DNA of 64,000 nt. It comes from an uncultured bacterium. GTDB taxonomy: Bacteria > Omnitrophota > Omnitrophia > Omnitrophales > Abzuiibacteriaceae. The notes beneath the pieces are model-generated. The model saw only the letters and a program-made list of their open reading frames with translations, was not told the origin of the DNA and did not search any database. The position numbers and the translations under genes are program-made. How positions within the stretch are numbered: the stretch's first letter is position 1; every line of letters starts with the position of its first letter. Positions 58,698-64,000 of this stretch are shown here, one piece after another. The DNA lies in assembly GCA_964387845.1 (NCBI GenBank), contig CAYLXA010000003.1, forward strand, positions 64,001 through 128,000, read 5' to 3'.

Positions 58698-59245
58698 TTT
58701 GCGGCTGCCAATTCGTCCTGTGTCACAAACCCAAGCTCTTCTAACTTCTGGAGAACTCTTTCGGCGGATTGTTCCGGCGTTTCTTTGTGAGTTTCACAAA
58801 CCACTTCGGCACTCAGCGGCTCTTCGTAAGGATCGTCAACACCTGTGAAACCTTTTATTTCTCCGGCCATGGCTTTTTTATAAAGCCCTTTGGTATCGCG
58901 CTCTGCGCAAGTCTCAAGCGGGCATTTCGCGTAAACCTCGATAAAATTTCCGATCAAAGAACGGTTATAATCGCGCACTTCGCGGTACGGCGAAATCGCG
59001 GCCGACAAAACAATGACGTCGTTGCGCGTGAGCAAATCGCAAACAAAACCGATGCGCTTGATATTGGTATCGCGGTCTTCTTTTGAAAACCCGAGCCCTT
59101 TGCTAAGATTGGTACGGACAACATCGCCGTCCAAAATTTCCACTTTACGGCCTGCTTTTTTGAGCCGTTTCTCAACAATTCGAGCGATGGTTGACTTGCC
59201 AGAACCCGATAAACCGGTAAACCATACTGTGACACCTTTTGACAT
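58694..59245 (-). CDS. cysC: adenylylsulfate kinase
   Basis: [17 protein letters not shown]-loop and the APS kinase core. Confidence 0.85.
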   Translation of the reverse strand: MSKGVTVWFTGLSGSGKSTIARIVEKRLKKAGRKVEILDGDVVRTNLSKGLGFSKEDRDTNIKRIGFVCDLLTRNDVIVLSAAISPYREVRDYNRSLIGNFIEVYAKCPLETCAERDTKGLYKKAMAGEIKGFTGVDDPYEEPLSAEVVCETHKETPEQSAERVLQKLEELGFVTQDELAAAK

Positions 59246-59338
59246 TCTAAAATCCTCCTAACCTTATATTTGACAATTAGTTACATAAAATTTAATTCGG
59301 CGGCGAAATATTGATTATAGCCCTAAAAATTCCGAACG

Positions 59339-60076
59339 TCAATCACGCTTCCGGTCAACCAAACGCGAAACCAGCAAGCTGATTTCAAACAAAATCCATA
59401 GCGGAACCGCAAGCGCGCATTGGCTGAAAGGGTCCGGCGACGGTGTCACCACGGCAGCAAAAATAAAAATGACGACAATGGCATATTTCCGCAATGATTG
59501 AAGCTGACCTGACTTCAGAACACCAAGATGCACCAGACCGACCAAAAGTACCGGCATCTGAAATGCGATGCCAAAACTAAGCGACATCCAGACAACAAAA
59601 TTAAAATATTTTTCGACGGACAAAAGCGGCTGCAAAACAGGGCTCGAAAAACTCAGGAAAAAAGAAAGTGCGGCCGGTACAATCCAAAATAACGAGAGTG
59701 CTACGCCGGTTAAAAAAAGTACAATCACCGGGAATAAAATCATTAAAAAAACGGCTCTTTCCTTTTTATACAGCCCGGGCGCAATAAAAAACCAAAACTC
59801 CGTTAAAAGCAGGGGGCTGGTAATAAAAATCGCGCTCCAAAACGAAACTTGCAGCTTAATCACAAAAGCGTCGTACGGTGAGGTGAAATAAACTTTCTGG
59901 GAAAGCTTTTCGAGAGGACTCGTAATCACCAAAAGAATCGTGTCAGAAAAAAAATAACAGCCGACGGAAGCTGCGATTAAAACAAAAATCGTCAAAAGAA
60001 GCCGGTTCCTGAGCTCATCGACATGATCCCACACCGAAGATCCCTGGTTGTAGAAATCAGAAATTTGTTTAAGCAT
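59339..60076 (-). CDS. tatC: twin-arginine translocase subunit TatC
   Basis: Six TM helices, HVDELRNRLL N-terminal motif. Confidence 0.85.
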   Translation of the reverse strand: MLKQISDFYNQGSSVWDHVDELRNRLLLTIFVLIAASVGCYFFSDTILLVITSPLEKLSQKVYFTSPYDAFVIKLQVSFWSAIFITSPLLLTEFWFFIAPGLYKKERAVFLMILFPVIVLFLTGVALSLFWIVPAALSFFLSFSSPVLQPLLSVEKYFNFVVWMSLSFGIAFQMPVLLVGLVHLGVLKSGQLQSLRKYAIVVIFIFAAVVTPSPDPFSQCALAVPLWILFEISLLVSRLVDRKRD

Positions 60077-60143
60077 GGTTGAATAAAAAAGCCCTCAATC
60101 GTGGCGACTGAGGGCTTTGGTTTGATAAATTAACGAGTTAAAC

Positions 60144-61436
60144 TTACGCTTGCGCAAAAACTTCGCGTGCAACAATGCCGACAACGCCGAGCGCGACCGC
60201 ATTTTCACCGAAAGCAGACGGAATAATCTTCACCTGGCTCGAAGCTTCTTCGACCGACCACTCTTTAACAGATGCCTTAATCGCATCCAAAAGCGGCGCG
60301 CCGCAGTCCTCGATACCGCCGCCGATCACGACAATTTCGGGGTTAAATAAATTGACGAGAAACGCTACTTTTTTCCCAAAAAGATTCGCATGCTCTTCCA
60401 CCAATTTAAGCGCAAGCGGGTCTTTGTCCTTGGTTGCACGAACTACTTCTCTAAATGTAACTTTCGATAAATCTCCCGAAACATAATCCTTAATGAGCGA
60501 TGAAGATCCCTTCTTGATCATTTCAACCGCATGCGCGGTCATGCCGAGGTCCATTTCCCAACGGCCGATCCCAGTCGACATTTCCAGAATTTCTTCTTTA
60601 GACGCTTTCATGCTGGAGATGCCGAGTTCGCCGGCTGCGCCGGTTGCGCCGCGGTAAATTTCGCTGTTAATCAAAATGCCGGAACCGACGCCCGAGAACA
60701 TATAAATCATGTGCCGGACATCGCGGTCAAGGCCGAGCCACTTCTCGCCCAATACGGCTGCGTTCGCATCATTTTCCACAAACGTCGGAATATTAAGGCG
60801 CTTTTCAAAGGTATCTTTAATAGAAAGACAAACTGAAATATCTTTTTCGCCGAGACTTTGCGGCCATCGGATAGTCCTTCCTTTTTCGTCGATAATTCCC
60901 GGCACACCGACGCCTGCGCCTAAAATTTTTGATTTATCAATTTCTGATTTTTCGATAATTTCAACCGCCAAATCCACCATTTTTTGAATCATGGCTTCGG
61001 AGTTTTCAGGGATGCGTTCGCGCTTAATTTCGGAAATCACGTTAATTTCCAAATCTACGAGCACTGCAACCGTGCTGAGCATGTTAAGCCCGACGCCGAC
61101 GATATAACCGGCTTTGGGGTTCAATTCAACCAGGACCGGCTTACGGCCGCCCGTCGATTCATCCAGCTCGCCTTCTACAACCAATCCTTTTTTGATGTAG
61201 TGGCTGACATAGTTGGATACCGTGACAATGTTGAGCTCTGTGATTTTTGAAATATCGGTTCTTGAAATCGGGCCATTTTTCCGGATGACTTCAAGAATCG
61301 CAAGGTTTTTGCGCTCCTTGTCCGTCAAAATCCGATCTTTCAACATCTGCTTAATCACGGTAGCCTCCTTTGCAATAAATTTTTTGACAACATCTGCGTT
61401 CTGTTTTTCCAAACTTTCCACTATCTTCACCCTCAA
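60144..61436 (-). CDS. ROK-family transcriptional regulator / sugar kinase-like
   Basis: N-terminal winged HTH plus ROK domain (GVGVPGIID, CxCGxxGC-like region). Confidence 0.75.
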   Translation of the reverse strand: MRVKIVESLEKQNADVVKKFIAKEATVIKQMLKDRILTDKERKNLAILEVIRKNGPISRTDISKITELNIVTVSNYVSHYIKKGLVVEGELDESTGGRKPVLVELNPKAGYIVGVGLNMLSTVAVLVDLEINVISEIKRERIPENSEAMIQKMVDLAVEIIEKSEIDKSKILGAGVGVPGIIDEKGRTIRWPQSLGEKDISVCLSIKDTFEKRLNIPTFVENDANAAVLGEKWLGLDRDVRHMIYMFSGVGSGILINSEIYRGATGAAGELGISSMKASKEEILEMSTGIGRWEMDLGMTAHAVEMIKKGSSSLIKDYVSGDLSKVTFREVVRATKDKDPLALKLVEEHANLFGKKVAFLVNLFNPEIVVIGGGIEDCGAPLLDAIKASVKEWSVEEASSQVKIIPSAFGENAVALGVVGIVAREVFAQA

Positions 61437-61490
61437 AACAAACGCCTAAAGATTTAAGCCGATTAAATCTAGAAGCGCAATGATTCGGTC

Positions 61491-62132
61491 TTATTCCGCA
61501 GAAACGCTGACGTTATCCAAATAAACCGAGCCGGCTTTTGGATTGCTGTTGATGTCGTCAAAAACAAGCACAAACTCTGTAAGCTGTTTCCAGTCACTGA
61601 TTTTTCTAAATTTTTCAAACGGAATCGAAAACTTCTGCCACTGATCCGTAATACCGTTCAAAATGTACGGCGAAGACCCCTTTGAATCTTTCACTTCCAC
61701 TTTTATCCTTTTCGTGAAACCTTTCTCAGCGTCACCTTTCAAATAAAAGTTTAGTGTGTTGTAGGATGTTGCATCCAGATTATTGAAACGCATCCAAAAT
61801 CCGTTGTAAGCCGGATTCGGAGAATCAACGTCATAGTCAAACCGAAGCGCGTATCCTGTCTTATCGCCCAAAGCATCGTCAGATTCAAAACTCATGCGGC
61901 AGCCTTGTGTTTCGTCATTGGGGTCCTTGTCCCATGAGCCAAAATCGCCGCCTAAATTGTTTGGCTTGTCCCCTGTATCAAAATCCGCCACCATCAACTC
62001 ATCGCTTCCTGAAGCAGCTTCTGCTCCGGATCCCGTTGAATCGCCATATTCCACTGCAAAAACAGACGCTGGGCCTGCAATGCAAAACAGAAAAATAAAT
62101 GCCGTAACCATCAACAAAGCTAACTTTTTCAT
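61491..62132 (-). CDS. secreted beta-sandwich (CBM-like) protein
   Basis: Signal peptide; YLDNVSV C-terminal strand reminiscent of carbohydrate-binding modules. Confidence 0.4.
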   Translation of the reverse strand: MKKLALLMVTAFIFLFCIAGPASVFAVEYGDSTGSGAEAASGSDELMVADFDTGDKPNNLGGDFGSWDKDPNDETQGCRMSFESDDALGDKTGYALRFDYDVDSPNPAYNGFWMRFNNLDATSYNTLNFYLKGDAEKGFTKRIKVEVKDSKGSSPYILNGITDQWQKFSIPFEKFRKISDWKQLTEFVLVFDDINSNPKAGSVYLDNVSVSAE

Positions 62133-62524
62133 ATTGCCTCTCCTTTACGTTATTTGAATGACGCCAGCAAATTTGAAAATGCGACTGACTTCTTCGTTAT
62201 CAAGGTAACGCTTCTATTTAAATTGATGTGTATTAATTGATTAATTGAATGCAGGAATTTTTTGAAATGATTTAATTGGGATAAGGCAACGGAAGCACTC
62301 GAAACTTTTTCCACGGGACTCCAGGACTCACTTGGTTTTTTAGAACACTTGAACAATTTACCGCCCCCAGGTTAAAGCTAAGGAAAATATGCGGTTTAAA
62401 ACCACGTACAATCGGGACCAAAAAAAAGTCTTTAAAAAGCACTAAAAATTATATGCCTCTCAAAATTTGAAGTCAATAGAAAATTGATTAAAAAACTTTC
62501 TTAAAGCTTTTTGGGCAAAAAACA

Positions 62525-62566
62525 ACCCAAGGCAAATATTTAAAATTCACCTTGGGTTGTTATAAC
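62525..62566. terminator. intrinsic terminator after the GH94 gene
   Basis: aacaacccaagg...ccttgggttgtt hairpin in an A/T context. Confidence 0.55.
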
Positions 62567-62569
62567 TGC

Positions 62570-64000
62570 TTAACCTAAAACAACTTCGACAACATGAGGT
62601 CCTTTTCCTTTTTGAGGAGGAATCACATTGCCGTCTATTTTTTTGCCATTTACCTTAAGTACCCGGACTCCCGAAGACACGCCATCAGGGTTCTTGACCT
62701 TAATATCGTAAGTTGCCCCTCTGAAAAGACGGCGCATTCTGAAACCATCCCATTTTCTTGGGATAACCGGGTTAATTTTAAGGCCTTTCACGCTCGGTTG
62801 AACGCCTAAAACATAATTGAGTGCGACCCGGTAATTCCAGCCGGCGGCGCCGGTATACCAAGTCCAAGCAGCACGGCCCGGATGTGGGGATTCGGGGCCG
62901 TCTACGTTGCCGGGAAGTACATAAGGCTCGCCGTAGTAGCTATCGGCATCTTTGCCGCGAATTGCCGGCGAAAAGCTTTGATAGCATTTATGGGCCTTAT
63001 CACCTTCGCCCATAATGGCAAGTGCTTGAATCGCCCAATTGCCTGCATGTGTATACAAACCGCCGTTTTCACGAACCGCCGGCGCGTAGCGCGTAATATA
63101 GCCGATGGTCGGATCTGTTTTTGTGTAAGCCGGCGTTAACAGCAATGGGCCGTACGGCTTAAATAATTTGTGCTCCGCGGACTTCATGCAGATCTTTGCG
63201 CGTTCAGGCGTTGCAACGTCATTGATAACTGCCCAAGTCTGCGTATTCAGGAAGATCTGCCCTTCACCGCTCGTTTTGCTTCCAAGCGGACGGCCGTCGT
63301 CGCGTGTCGCGCCAATGTACCATTCGCCGTCCCAACCGTGCTTGTTGATGGCTTCTTTAAGCGCGGCGGCACGTTTTGCATAATACTTGGTACGCTTCGA
63401 GTCTTTCTTGTTCGGGCAAACCGTATCGGAGAAGCGCATTAAAATTCCGTAAAGGAATTGGCCCAACCAAACTGATTCACCTTTCCATTTAAGACCAACG
63501 TGGCTCAAGCCGTCGTTCCAATCGCCTTCGCCGATCAGCGGCAATCCGCGCTTCGACCAACGAGAGAAAACTTTGTCAATCGCACGGTTGCAATGATCAT
63601 ACAAAGTGCCTTTTGTGACTTTTTTGGTTTTGGGATCCGGCAAAAATTCGACAACTTGATTCAAAATCGAAAAATCGGCCGTTTCATCAATATAGTGGAC
63701 CGTTAAAAACGCAAGCCACAACAAATCGTCCGTCATGTGCGTAATAGCGCCCATGCTGGTTCCCGGATGCCACCAGTGATACACGGTTCCGTCCGGAAAT
63801 TGCTGTGAAGCGTGAAGCAAGATCTGCTTTTTGGTCAGTTCCGGCTTGATCGGTAAGAAAACGTGGCTGTCTTGCAGCTGATCTCTGAATCCGATTCCGC
63901 CTGAGGATTGATAGTAACCGCATTTTGCCCACAACCGGCCCGAAATGGCTTGGTACTTCAGCCAAATATTGGTGAAGAAGTTCATCGCATCGTCCGGCGT
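62570..64000 (-). CDS. GH94 glycoside phosphorylase (cellobiose/chitobiose phosphorylase-like), 5'-partial at the window edge
   Basis: GIGFRDQLQD motif and (alpha/alpha)6 catalytic domain; the ORF runs off the window end, so the N-terminus is missing. Confidence 0.7.
   Translation of the reverse strand, partial: TPDDAMNFFTNIWLKYQAISGRLWAKCGYYQSSGGIGFRDQLQDSHVFLPIKPELTKKQILLHASQQFPDGTVYHWWHPGTSMGAITHMTDDLLWLAFLTVHYIDETADFSILNQVVEFLPDPKTKKVTKGTLYDHCNRAIDKVFSRWSKRGLPLIGEGDWNDGLSHVGLKWKGESVWLGQFLYGILMRFSDTVCPNKKDSKRTKYYAKRAAALKEAINKHGWDGEWYIGATRDDGRPLGSKTSGEGQIFLNTQTWAVINDVATPERAKICMKSAEHKLFKPYGPLLLTPAYTKTDPTIGYITRYAPAVRENGGLYTHAGNWAIQALAIMGEGDKAHKCYQSFSPAIRGKDADSYYGEPYVLPGNVDGPESPHPGRAAWTWYTGAAGWNYRVALNYVLGVQPSVKGLKINPVIPRKWDGFRMRRLFRGATYDIKVKNPDGVSSGVRVLKVNGKKIDGNVIPPQKGKGPHVVEVVLG

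Noticed and set aside
59246-59338. Possible second S-box or other riboswitch upstream of cysC
   Set aside because: Only 93 nt, AT-rich, and lacks the SAM-I core motifs; just a promoter/RBS region (aggagg before the ATG)
1-64000. CRISPR arrays
   Set aside because: All repeats found are palindromic and dispersed, not short direct repeats with regular unique spacers

Overview
This 64-kb window is from a moderately AT-rich bacterial genome and is mostly chromosomal housekeeping genes, with four things standing out. (1) A single 16.5-kb ORF (10732..27243, minus) encodes a 5503-aa, N-terminally membrane-anchored mosaic protein. It carries a PEP-utilizing-enzyme phosphohistidine + TIM-barrel module, an L-asparaginase-like module, an HExxH zincin motif and tentative ChaN/TraB/Tiki-like domains. 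Eight copies of a [K/R]SELR pentapeptide sit at module boundaries. (2) A SAM-I riboswitch with its own sigma70 promoter and intrinsic terminator precedes a threonine-synthase-like PLP enzyme and a MoaD/ThiS-like sulfur-carrier gene. These are translationally coupled to bioB and a bioB-fabG-like-fabF-like-bioF cluster. (3) A complete iscR-iscS-iscU-iscA-hscB-hscA-fdx-iscX operon. (4) A sulfate-activation operon cysC-PHP phosphatase-cysH-sat. Other genes: split transketolase, M24 peptidase, a tandem ThyX-like protein, PilZ, MqnD, GH1, PlsC, two tandem REC proteins, GH3-family, RmuC, HAD, a RelE/ParE-AbrB toxin-antitoxin islet, a 3D-domain protein, tatC, a ROK regulator and a partial GH94. Three dispersed palindromic repeat families occupy intergenic regions, and a highly structured ~550-nt intergenic region lies between two divergent promoters. 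No rRNA, tRNA, CRISPR array or transposase was recognised.
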